NCBI RefSeq assembly: GCF_031769215.1 | Contig: NW_026782024.1 | Location: 1,054,001 to 1,118,000 of the forward strand | Length of the DNA: 64,000 nucleotides | DNA from: Ylistrum balloti | Taxonomy: Eukaryota | Direction of reading: 5' to 3' | Shown here: piece after piece, positions 27,452 through 38,474 of the stretch | How the letters are laid out: every line of letters starts with the position of its first letter | Position numbering within the stretch: the first letter of the stretch is position 1 | Notes under the pieces: generated by a model | What the model saw: the letters and a program-made list of their open reading frames with translations, nothing else | What the model was told of the DNA's origin: nothing | Databases searched by the model: none | Position numbers and translations under genes: made by a program

Positions 27452-28828
27452 CTAATACACGGCGTCGAAAAACCTGCCGTGGAAATTAAAGGGTACTCGT
27501 GTGGGCATGTATGATCGGTTCATGACTGTCATGGTTTTAGGGTCAAGCATAAGTAGGTAACTGGCTTTCTTATCTCCGTCGAAAGCTGAGGACATCAGCA
27601 CGCCGTCATCCTCCTCCTTACCTCCAGGAGCGGGGACGAACCAGGGCTCTGTAAAGTACTGGTGGGGCGCGGCATACATCAGATCTCCGGCGCTGTTACA
27701 CACATCCTTTTTGACAAGGGCAATGTGACTGAACCCTTTACCATTATAGTTAACTACCTGGCCGTAGACGTAACAGTAATTCATATGACGATAATTTTCG
27801 TTGAATACGGGCATTTCTAGTGAGGTGGCACAGGGAGCCTTTGGTCCACTGTTAAAAGACACACGTTGAACATCTTGGGTCTTAATGTCTAAGGTATAAC
27901 GCGTCAAAACTGGTTGCGCCGTCAGGTTGACTCTAGCTGTTTTGTTATGTATATATGCTACGTCGTACAATGCAAAAGCGTATGGATTTGGTTGTGCTGG
28001 AACGTCTAAAACAATTTTGCCGTCGGGAAGTTCAAATGAATTGATGTGATGAACTACGAAGACGTTTTCGGTTTTGAGGGTGTGTACCTTTCCAGTTTTG
28101 ATTTCCACGACATAGAACGTAGCATTGTCCTGAGCGTTCCAGGCCATCCCGCCTTGAACGGAAGCATACTTCAGCATATCATTCATGTTGACGTAATATG
28201 GTGCAGCGAGTAATATGACGTAATTTGGTGTGACTGAAAACGAGTGCATGTATGAAGTTTTGTCGATTTCCCATTCAGCGACGAGCTCACGCCCTGAAAG
28301 AGAAGTGACTCTGACCACGGTCAGCCGTTCCTTTGTACCAGGAATGAGACTAAAGGTGTTGAGGATGTCAAACGTGGATGTTGCGCCGTATTCTGCCACT
28401 GGATGAGCGGTGGACATCACATTTAATCGGCCCAAATTAGAGTACTGTGACGGTGGTCTTGGTGGATCCACAACTCCGATGGTGTCTAGTGTAGAGGGGT
28501 TAATTTCATACACTTTCCAGATGTCGTTCATGGCTACAATATTATTTGAGTAATTGAAAACATTCACGACAGTGTTATCCATGTTCAGCATAAAGGACTC
28601 GTATCGCTCGATCTCTCCAAACGGCGGGTCGACACCTTCGAAAGTGAGGAAGGGTGCTATATCATTCTTCGCAATGGATTCAGTATAAACTCTACTTTGG
28701 ATAAATTTGGCGGAAAAGAATGCAGATCCGTTGCCTGAAAACTTCCAGCTATGAAGTTTCGCAAATCCATCGAAGTAGTGAACGAACTTTCTGTTACCCA
28801 TTTCCACCTTTCCCGCTCCATTCCGTAT
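27452..28828 (-). CDS. Carotenoid cleavage oxygenase copy 2, exon 2
   Basis: Acceptor ttacag|ATA CGG AAT GGA (IRNGAG). Motifs HYFDG, STAHP, YMHSF, HHINSFE, LEMP, FTEPWFV and FHGRF; 458 codons plus stop. Confidence 0.94.
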   Translation of the reverse strand: MRNGAGKVEMGNRKFVHYFDGFAKLHSWKFSGNGSAFFSAKFIQSRVYTESIAKNDIAPFLTFEGVDPPFGEIERYESFMLNMDNTVVNVFNYSNNIVAMNDIWKVYEINPSTLDTIGVVDPPRPPSQYSNLGRLNVMSTAHPVAEYGATSTFDILNTFSLIPGTKERLTVVRVTSLSGRELVAEWEIDKTSYMHSFSVTPNYVILLAAPYYVNMNDMLKYASVQGGMAWNAQDNATFYVVEIKTGKVHTLKTENVFVVHHINSFELPDGKIVLDVPAQPNPYAFALYDVAYIHNKTARVNLTAQPVLTRYTLDIKTQDVQRVSFNSGPKAPCATSLEMPVFNENYRHMNYCYVYGQVVNYNGKGFSHIALVKKDVCNSAGDLMYAAPHQYFTEPWFVPAPGGKEEDDGVLMSSAFDGDKKASYLLMLDPKTMTVMNRSYMPTRVPFNFHGRFFDAVY

Positions 28829-29059
28829 CTGTAATATAGTCACCAGGCATTTTATTTATTGTTAATGTATATATGACAATACCATAATTATCCCCTCTTT
28901 TACTAAGCTTTTTAAAAGTTTTATAAATTATGTGTCAGTTTGCCCTCCATACGAAGTTGTCTACTCTAATACGTAACACAATCCATTGATTATGGTATAT
29001 AGTGAAAGTGGGGCTGGTCAATTACGTTTAGATTTAGGATCTTAAACCGATTTCCATGT

Positions 29060-29560
29060 CATACAGAATTAATGAAAATCTTTAACTGATGTTCATGTCT
29101 CACTGAATTAATGAGAATTTTTAACTGTTGTTCAGGTCAAAATGAATTAATGAGAATCTTAAACTGATGTCAATGTCATACTGAATTAATGAGGATCTTA
29201 AACTGATGTCCATGTTATACTGTATTAATGAGAGTCAAACTGATGTCATTGTCATACTGAATTAAGGAGAATCTTTAACTGATGTCCATGTTATACTGAA
29301 TTAATGAGAGTCAAACTGATGTCATTGTCATACTGAATTAATGATAATCTTTAATTGGTGTTCATGTCATACTGAATTAATAAGAATCTTAAACTGATAT
29401 CAATGTCATACCGAATTAATGAGAATCTTTAACTGATGTCCAGGTCATACTAAGTTAATTACAATCAAACTAATGTCCATGTTATACTAAATTAATAAGA
29501 ATCTTAAACTGATGTTCATGACATATTGAATTAATGAGAATACCAAACTGATGTTCAGGT
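29060..29560. repeat. ~39-bp intronic minisatellite in copy 2, with a shorter degenerate homologue in the copy-3 intron (~34955-35140)
   Basis: Unit ~TTAAACTGATGTCCATGTCATACTGAATTAATGAGAATC. Both arrays follow the shared flank ctactctaatacgtaacaca. Confidence 0.88.
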
Positions 29561-30712
29561 TACATGACGTTAGTGAAAATCGTCCAATCATTTGATATGA
29601 TTCAGAATGCTCAATCATACCAAATGATCGAAATCGTTTAACGAAGTCAACTGCCTCCTATATATGATCATATATTTCGTTTGATTTCTAAATAAAACCC
29701 CTAAATTCCCCTTCTCTTCGTAGGTGATGTGGTGCCGTAGTCAAACTTTTACTTATTTTTTCAGTTGTGAAAATAATTCTTAGCTGTCGTAGGTCTTTTG
29801 CATTTTCCGCATACATCAACTTCTTTGTTGGGGAATAAATTTGCTATTTGATGAAACCCAATATTTGTCGTATGCTTCATATCATGGGTAAGGTATGTTG
29901 CTTATCACTTTGAACTCCTATATAGCATATCCCTAAAGTAGGATACTGTATCGGGAAAGTACCTGTGGAAAAGTAGTAATGGTCATAGTATAACACCTGT
30001 TGGTCTTTTGTTAGCCGCGAAAAAATTCGCCAAATTCAATAATATATTCGAAAAACGACAATGACAATCGTTATCTTAAACCCTGAAGCACATGTTAATA
30101 TATAAATTACAAATATTATACTAAGTATGACAAAGCACCAATATTCTAAAGAAGCAATCTATCAAAATATTTCTTACAATATTCAGTGACCTTAAATATT
30201 CTATCCATAATTTTCTTAAGAGTATTTCTACCCACCTACCCATTTGGGTATTTGAGCACACACACACACACACAAACACACACACATACTTCCCCATTCC
30301 TCCTCTTCCCACGAGCACACACGTCCCTTAAAATTGCTGATGACTGCCCTTGTGATTTACACGTTCCAATATCACATTGCGTGGTAGTGTCTCAGTTGTT
30401 TTGAGGTGTAAACGTACAGCTCGTTTAAAATGTTCTACCTATTTGCTCGTCCGCCCAACTCGGCTCTATCTTGAGATTCCTGTATTCTAATCATTAATCG
30501 TACAAAACTTTTTTCTTGTTCTGGAATATCTAAACGCAGGTTACAGCGTCCTGAACCGAACTAATGACTGCCAATTGACTAAATGGAGAATTCAATCAAG
30601 TCGCTAGTGTTCACAAATTTACATTGTTGTTTACACTTTAAGAAAATGAACCCATATTCTCCTTAGCTACTAGTGGTACAACAGCAATTTTCATTGTTGT
30701 CTATATACTTAC

Positions 30713-30898
30713 CAGCGTTCCACGAAGCCATTTTGGTAGAGGATTCTCGAACTCGATCGGGTGATTTTCGAAGGTTTGATTGTTGGTGAAAAACCACTCG
30801 TCAAATCCTGGACAATCGTCATCTTGCGGTGGATTGGCAGCGGAGCACAGACCCAGACCAACCAGGATCAAGACAAGGATGGCACGAAATCTCTCCAT
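30713..30898 (-). CDS. CCO copy 2, exon 1 with signal peptide (spliced protein 520 aa)
   Basis: MERFRAILVLILVGLGLCSA-ANPPQD...PLPKWLRGTL|gtaagt. The phase-0 splice to 28828 restores the family motif WLRGTL-IRNG. Confidence 0.92.
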
Positions 30899-32114
30899 GT
30901 CTGACTCTTGTTCAATTGTGGTTGATTATATCACAAAAATCTACAGACCTTGGACTGGTCTTACAAACCTGTATACCGGTTTATCCATTGTATCCTGTCA
31001 TCAGCTATATTTAGAGATCTGATTGATAACCGTATTATAAAGATATAAAATCGTCACGTACGAGATGTTAAATACATAATATATACGTGTGCATAGGCAT
31101 TGCAATCTTGTCATATCATACATATCTATCCATAATAACGCAGTAATCAGTGAGGCCTTCAATACATATATAATATTTTCCCATTTTATCATATGTAGGT
31201 GTTTTCAGACTAACGATGTTGCGAATATCAGCGAGAGTAATCCAACATACGTACGTATTTTTACGGAGTAAGACAAAATAAGTTGATAATTCATTGTTTA
31301 CATAAAGCAATACTTTAATGCATTGAAACAGTTTCAAAGATTGAAGACAACATGGGTATACTTTTGATCTTCTAAGAGGCAAAATATCATTAAACAGTTA
31401 ACTCATATCACATATCAGATACAGATGGACAGCTGGATATTCTAAGTTGATTTCCTTACAATGTTAAGAGAGCCAGAGAATAGTAACTAGAAATAGTATA
31501 CCAATTCTTAAAAGATTCTCTTTTCACAGGTTATGAAAGTAAGAAGTAAAGTAAGTATTTTGTAACAGAATTGCAAAGACCATTCTTAAAAAAGTACCTT
31601 TTCAAAAATTTTAATATGGTTACACAATTCCGTCATAAGTTCTCATTCATAGAACTTGCTAAACGTTTTTTTAAATCTAAAACTGGACATGTGATTTTTA
31701 ACTAATTGTTTAACTATTTTCTCATTTACAATTTTCTGTAAGCTCCCTAAGCGTTTTTTAAAAACCATTTTTGAATAACAAAGCATATTTGTTTTTTCAC
31801 ACTTTTAGATTTTAAATTTTAATTGTATCTTAATTTAATGTTACTGACGTTTTGGCATAAGTTATCCCGTGACATGAATATACATGTATTATGTAACTAA
31901 GAACATTGAAAAAGGATTACAGTAATACACATTAAATGGCAAACTTCAATTAAGATGCCGTTTCAATGACTTTCTTTACTAATTATGTTATTTAACCAGC
32001 AGATAGATATTAAGCTCTTGCTAACAATACCAACAACAATCAACCAGAAATCAAAACCTTTACTCTTCAAAAATCTTCAGAACATCCTTCATAAGCAAGC
32101 ACTTCAAATGTTTC

Positions 32115-33491
32115 TTATAACACATTGTCGAAAAACCTGCCGTGGAAATTAAAGGGTACCCGTGTGGGCATGTATGATCGGTTGATGACTGTCATGGTTT
32201 TAGGGTCAAGCATAAGCAGGTAACTGGCTTTCTTATCTCCGTCGAATGCCGAGGACATCAACACGCCGTCGTCTTCCGCCTTACCTCCAGGAGCGGGGAC
32301 GAACCAGGGCTCCGTAAAGTACTGGTGGGGCACGGCATACATCAAATCTCCGGCGCTGTTACACACATCCTTTTTGACAAGGGCAACATGACTGAACCCT
32401 TTACCATTATAGTTAACTACCTGGCCGTAGACGTAACAGTAATTCATATGACGATAATTTTCGTTGAATACGGGCATTTCTAGTGAGGTGGCACAGGGAG
32501 CCTTTGGTCCACTGTTAAAAGACACACGTTGAACATCTTGGGTCTTAATGTCTAAGGTATAACGCGTCAAAACTGGTTGCGCCGTTAGGTTGACTCTAGC
32601 TGTTTTGTTATGTATATATGCTACGTCGTACGATGCAAAAGCGTATGGATTTGGTTGTGCTGGAACGTCTAAAACAATTTTGCCGTCGGGAAGTTCAAAT
32701 GAATTAATGTGATGAACTACGAAAACGTTTTCGGTTTTGAGGGTGTGTACCTTTCCAGTTTCGATTTCCACGACATAGAACGTAGCATTGTCCTGAGCGT
32801 TCCAAACCATCCCGCCTTGAACGGAAGTATATTTCAGCATATTATCCATGTTAACGTAATATGGTGCAGCGAGCAATATGACGTAATTTGGTGTGACTGA
32901 AAACGAGTGCATGTATGAAGTTTTGTCGATTTCCCATTCAGCGACGAGCTCGCGACCTTCAAGAGAAGTGATTCGAACTACTGAAAGACGCCCCTTCTTG
33001 CCGGGAATTAGACTGACAGTATTAAGGATAACAAACGCGGATGTTGTGCCGTATTCTGCCACTGGATGTGCGGTTGACATCTCATTTAATCGACCCAAAT
33101 TGGAGTACTTAGACTGTGGAATTGGTGGACCCACAATTCCGATGGTGTCTAGTGTAGAGGGGTTAATTTCATACACTTCCCAAATGTCGTTCGTGGCTAC
33201 AATGTTATTTGTGTAACTGAAAACATTCACGACAGTGTTATCAATCCTATGCATGAAGGCCTCGTATCGTTCTATCTCTCCAAACGGAGGGGTTACACCA
33301 TCGAAAGTAAGGTAGGGTGCTATATCTTTCTTCGCAATGGATTCAGTATAAAATTTACTTTGGATAAATTTGGCGGAAAAGAATGCAGATCCGTTGCCTG
33401 AAAACTTCCAGCTATGAAGTTTCGCAAATCCATCGAAGTAGTGAACGAACTTTCTGTTACCCATTTCCACCTTTCCCGCTCCATTCCGTAT
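32115..33491 (-). CDS. Carotenoid cleavage oxygenase copy 3, exon 2
   Basis: Same acceptor and motifs as copy 2, offset by 4663 bp; 458 codons plus stop. Confidence 0.94.
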   Translation of the reverse strand: MRNGAGKVEMGNRKFVHYFDGFAKLHSWKFSGNGSAFFSAKFIQSKFYTESIAKKDIAPYLTFDGVTPPFGEIERYEAFMHRIDNTVVNVFSYTNNIVATNDIWEVYEINPSTLDTIGIVGPPIPQSKYSNLGRLNEMSTAHPVAEYGTTSAFVILNTVSLIPGKKGRLSVVRITSLEGRELVAEWEIDKTSYMHSFSVTPNYVILLAAPYYVNMDNMLKYTSVQGGMVWNAQDNATFYVVEIETGKVHTLKTENVFVVHHINSFELPDGKIVLDVPAQPNPYAFASYDVAYIHNKTARVNLTAQPVLTRYTLDIKTQDVQRVSFNSGPKAPCATSLEMPVFNENYRHMNYCYVYGQVVNYNGKGFSHVALVKKDVCNSAGDLMYAVPHQYFTEPWFVPAPGGKAEDDGVLMSSAFDGDKKASYLLMLDPKTMTVINRSYMPTRVPFNFHGRFFDNVL

Positions 33492-35391
33492 CTGTAATAT
33501 AGTCACCAAGCATTTTTAACATTGTAAATGTATAAATGACATTACCGTTACTTTTTCCCCTTTTGCTAGGCTTCTGAAGGATCTGTTGTACAGGCAATCA
33601 TTCTGATGACTAATGTTTTGAAAGCCATACCTCATTTCCAAGGAGAAAATATATAAATATCAAAAATGGAAAGAAAGCGATAAATCTGTGTGCTCGTTTT
33701 CAAATTGCTGAACTTCGGTAGTACTCTTGGTGTATTTTAGATATTTTTCACTCTAAAACCTTCTCTTATTTCATATTCTTAGTACTTTGTGATATTTTAT
33801 CGTGTTCATCATCATCTGTTCCTTTTTGTTTGAACACTTGATATTGTTTTCTTCAAACAAGTAAGCAAAATCCTACTAGTTTAAATTGTTGTATGTTTTC
33901 ACAATTATTGTCATAGATGACAAATGAAATTATAACAAAACATCGTAATTTAACCTTACCTTTGAATGTTAATCGACCATGTTTTTGCTGACTTTCTTCT
34001 GTACTCAATACCAATAGACATTATTTTACTGATATATAGACTGATTATTACTATGAAATCAAAACGATGGGTCAGTAAACTGTTGTTTTTTTTCATTTTA
34101 TTTTTGAGTTACTTCCCTTGAGCAAACAATAAAAATCAATGTTAATAATTTTCGTTTTTTTCTATAATATTACAACCAAGAGTAAACAAATTATTTGAAC
34201 GTATAAAATAAAATAACACTGGAAAATAAACAATAAATAATTATCATTTGTGATATTCTGAACTTTAAGTGCCTTAAAATCATAATAGTCACAGTTAAAT
34301 CAAAGAAATTAAAATTGAATAATTCTGCCTGGTGGCATAAAAAAAACACTTAAATTACAGATGCAAGAAGAAAATTACTTTTGTTAACAATTTTTTGCTA
34401 TTTTCATGGTTACTGAATTATTTCCCTTTTCAATGTAAATGAAATTCTGAAATTTACTTAGAGCAATAACTCTTAACAAATTAAACAGTTACAAGAACAT
34501 AACCTCTATGCTATAGTAAATACTGGAACTTACATAAACAGAGTTGTATATGTAATCTTTTTATAAAAAATGATTTATCAAAATTATCAAACTCTTGTGG
34601 ACATGTCGTGATCTGGTTTTGCCGATAACGGGCCGGCTTAAGTCGTAAATAGTATCATTTTCCATGATTAAATCAAAACAAACTATTTTCTATGACACAG
34701 TGATGATTTTGAACTTAAAATAATCTAAAAGTCAGAATAATATGTACTGAATTTTCTCCTTTATCAATTTCCTATCTCCCTTAGACCAGAATTCTTTACA
34801 ACTTGAAAACGTCACCAGAGCAGATCCTGAAAGGTCTTATACTCTATATGTCAGTTTGGCTTGTATACGAATTAGGCTACTCTAATACGTAACACATTCT
34901 ATGGATTATAGCATAACATGAAAGTGAGACGTGTTGATTTCGTTTTGAAGTTTATAAAGAATCTTAAACTGATGTCCATGCCCTACTAAATTAATGAGAA
35001 TCAAACTTCTGATCCAGTTTAAGAATTAATTAGACTTAAACTAATGTCCATATCATACTAAATTAATGTGAATTTTTAACTAATATCTATGTTATAAATA
35101 TTTAATGAGACTCAAAGTGATATCAATACCATACTGAATTTACTGGTAGTGCCTCTGTTGTTTTCAGGTGTAATCTCGATACCTATTTTCTCGTCCGCAC
35201 ACCTCGGCTCTATTTTGAAATCACTGTATAGTAATCCCTACACATGCAAAACTTTTTTTCTTTTTCCGGAATATCTAAAGCCAGCATTCAACGTCCTGTA
35301 TCGAACCAATGACTCTGTCAATTGACTGAATGGAGAATTCACCGATATAAACCCATATTCTCCTCAACTACTAGACGGAAAATATACTTAC

Positions 35392-35577
35392 TAGCGTTCC
35401 ACGAAGCCATTTTGGTAGAGGATTCTCGAACTCGATCGGATGATTTTCGAAGGTTTGATTGTTGGTGGAAAACCACTCGTCAAATCCAGGACAATCGCCA
35501 TCTTGTGGTGGATTGGCTGCGGAGCACAGACCCAGACCGACCAGAAGCAACACAAGAATGGCACGAAGTATCTCCAT
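35392..35577 (-). CDS. CCO copy 3, exon 1 with signal peptide (spliced protein 520 aa)
   Basis: MEILRAILVLLLVGLGLCSA-ANPPQD...PLPKWLRGTL|gtaagt, phase 0. Confidence 0.92.
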
Positions 35578-35739
35578 GTCTGTGTCCTGTCAAGTCGTGG
35601 GTGACGATTACATATACTTTGTAGATTTCATACAAAAACGATGATTGGAGATCTGAATGATAACCTATTACAAAGATTCAAGGTCTCAACGTACGTCAAT
35701 GTAGAATGTAGAATGATATCGTTTAATGATAAACTGATA

Positions 35740-36195
35740 ATATTTGTGAGACTTCAAATTACATCTAAATCAGATTATATTTAGGAAAGTTAGAGAACAA
35801 AAACTGACCAACCAAAGAAATTAAAGGATACCTAATTAGTATGCATAGATATTAACAGATGACGCTGATTGCTGAACTCAGTCTTATGTGCCCTAATATG
35901 CATCTGCTGACCAAGTTTCATCTAAATCGGATTATATATAGGGAAGTTAGAGCATGGAAATGAACCGACCAGTGAAATCAAAGGATACCTCATTAGTACG
36001 CATAATTATAAACAGATGGCACTGATATTCACTCTCAGTCTTAATGACCCAAAGATGCATCTGCTGACCACGTTTCACCCAAATTGAATGATATTTGGGG
36101 ATGTTAGAACACGGAAACGAAAGTGTGACGGACGGACGGACGGACAAACCCAAATTTATATCCGCCGTTCAGGTGAAAGCTGGGGATAATAATCA
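35740..36195 (+). mobile_element. pearl/HINE (Helentron-associated)-like non-autonomous element, 5' end unclear
   Basis: 157-bp core repeats (starts at 35762, 35919, 36076), then (GACG)n at ~36127-36145, then an imperfect terminal hairpin TATCC..GGATA. This is the layout described for bivalve CvA/pearl-type elements. Confidence 0.7.
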
Positions 36196-37162
36196 ACAGA
36201 GAATATCCAAGAGATCTAACTCAACCTTTAGGAAAATACATCAGCTAGGGTTTGACACGTTTTCTTTCATTGTTTAAATAATTCAATACTTTAATGCATT
36301 GAAACAGTGTCAAATGTTTAAGACAACCTAGGTATAATTCTGTATCTCTAAAAGAGAAATAACCATTAAACAGTTAACTCATATCATATATCATATACAG
36401 ATTGACAGCTGAATATTGTTAGTTGATTCTCCTTCATTGCTTTTATTGTTTGCTACAATATCTTAATTCTTCGTTAAAGTGTATGGAGGATCAGACGACT
36501 ACTTCTGTTTTTGATATTTAAAAGAAACTGTAAAAGTGTCAAGTGAGATTAATATTTTGCAATAAACTTTTGAACCTATTCTTTAAAAAAAATCACAAAG
36601 TAAGAAGTAAAGTAAGTATTTTGTAACAAAAACCATTCATAAAACGTACTTTTTCAATTTTTTAGAATTGTTACATTCTGCTGTAATCTCTCATTCACAG
36701 AACTTGTAAAACGTATCTTTTAATAAAAAAAAACTGGGCATGTGATGTCTATAGCGAAATTGTGTAACCATTTTCTCATTTGCAATTTTCTGCAAACGCC
36801 CAAAGGGTTTCTTAAAAACGTTTTGAATAACAAATTATATTTGCAGATTTGTTTTTTCACAAATTTAAATGTATCTTAATTTAATGTTACTGACGTTTTG
36901 GCATAAGTTATCCCGTGACATGAATATACATGTATTATGTAACTAAGAACATTGAAAAAGGATTACAGTAATACACATTAAATGGCAAACTTCAATTAAG
37001 ATGCCGTTTCAATGACTTTCTTTGCTAATTGTGTTATTTCACCAGCAGATAGATATTAAGCTCTTGATAACAATACCAACTAAAATTACCCAGAAATCAA
37101 AACCTATACTGTTCATAAATCTTTAGAAAATTGTTCATAAACAAGCACTTCAAATGTTTGTT

Positions 37163-37330
37163 TTATATATATTGTCGAAAAACCTGACGTGGAAATAAAG
37201 GGTAACAGTGTGGCATGTACGATCGGTAGATGACTCATGGTTTTAGGGTCAAGCATAAGCAGATAGCTGATGACATGAGCTCGCCGACGTCCTCCTGTAG
37301 ATGTGGGGACGAACCAGGCCCCAGTGAAGA
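37163..37330 (-). pseudogene. Decayed 3' fragment of a fourth CCO copy
   Basis: Matches the copy-3 C-terminus (WFVP..., SYLLMLDPKTM, ..GRFFD) with deletions and frameshifts. The downstream flank 36285-37160 is paralogous to 31288-32115. Confidence 0.88.
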
Positions 37331-37876
37331 TTTATTGGTAAGTTTTTTTATAGTATTTTTCGGGTGATATGTCTATTCCGTATTCGGTAGTCCGGGATTA
37401 AGACACGCCCATTTATGTATCGGACACATAGTCAGAGATCATTGAAGCGGACAGACTTATCAAATTTGTCGGACCAGAAACCAAACAGTTATTGTCCTAA
37501 AACTACCTAAGAAATAGGATGTGTATTTTCTCTTTCTTATTTTTTCTTTATTCTAACTCTTTAACGTTATATTTCATTTTCCTTCGGGTATTTATTGTAT
37601 ATAGATATTATATATATTGTATATTTATTGTATTGTCGTGAACCAATAACCAAAAGATGAGAAAAAAGCAACTTTTTTACTGTCTTAAGCAATACTCAAT
37701 TATGGAGTTGACACTTATCCCTATTTATGTTCAAACATTTAATTCAACTGATAAGAATTTGGCGTCTTGATCTATACTCATCAGGCCTCTAGCATCCCTG
37801 GCGAGTGCTGGTACAACGAAGCAGGATCAAGATCAATAGATTATTATACATGTACTGTATTCATATCTTATATGTG

Positions 37877-38283
37877 CACGAACCTTAACTTATATTTACT
37901 AAACACATGCATCCTACTTGGCGCATGAACCTTAACTTATATTTACTAAACACGTGCATTCTACTTGGCGCATGACCTTTAACATATATTAACAAAACAC
38001 ATGCATTCTACTTGGCGCATGACCCTTAACTTATATTTATGAAACACATGCATCCTACTTGACGCATGACCCTTAACTTATATTTGCTAAACACATGTAT
38101 CCTACTTGGCGCATGAACCTTAACTTATATTTACTTAACACATACATCCTATTTGGCGCACGAAACACATGCATCCTGCTTGGCGCCTGAACCTTAACTG
38201 ATGTTTACTAAACACATACATCCTACTTGACGCATGTACCTTTACTTATATTTACTAAACACATGAACCCTACATGAACCTTA
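37877..38283. repeat. 47-bp minisatellite, ~8-9 copies
   Basis: Unit CATGAACCTTAACTTATATTTACTAAACACATGCATCCTACTTGGCG (starts at 37877, 37924). Confidence 0.92.
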
Positions 38284-38474
38284 TAGTTTTTGTATTTATT
38301 CATACTATCCTTTGTCGTCAAATACAATTAGAATCTCAGAGGCATGTTTTAGTTGTGTATTATCATTTTTTATTTTACAACATATTTGATAGCATAATAA
38401 TGATAACATATGTCTATCACAATACTTCATATGGCGATTTTCATAAATAATTGGAAGGTTTTAGATGAAATCCC

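Noticed and set aside
28829-28843. ORF-track N-termini MTILQ (copy 2), MVTILQ (copy 3) and internal Met 10900 (copy 1) as true starts
   Set aside because: The first two are intron sequence ending in the CAG acceptor; splicing to the upstream exons restores the conserved GTL-xRNG motif.
9554-35577. Bacterial contamination as the source of the CCO ORFs
   Set aside because: Each copy is split by a canonical spliceosomal intron containing host-type repeats.
37750-37830. Hammerhead ribozyme (minus-strand CTGATGAG); similar hits near 60903 and 63740
   Set aside because: No stem II closed by GAAA follows.
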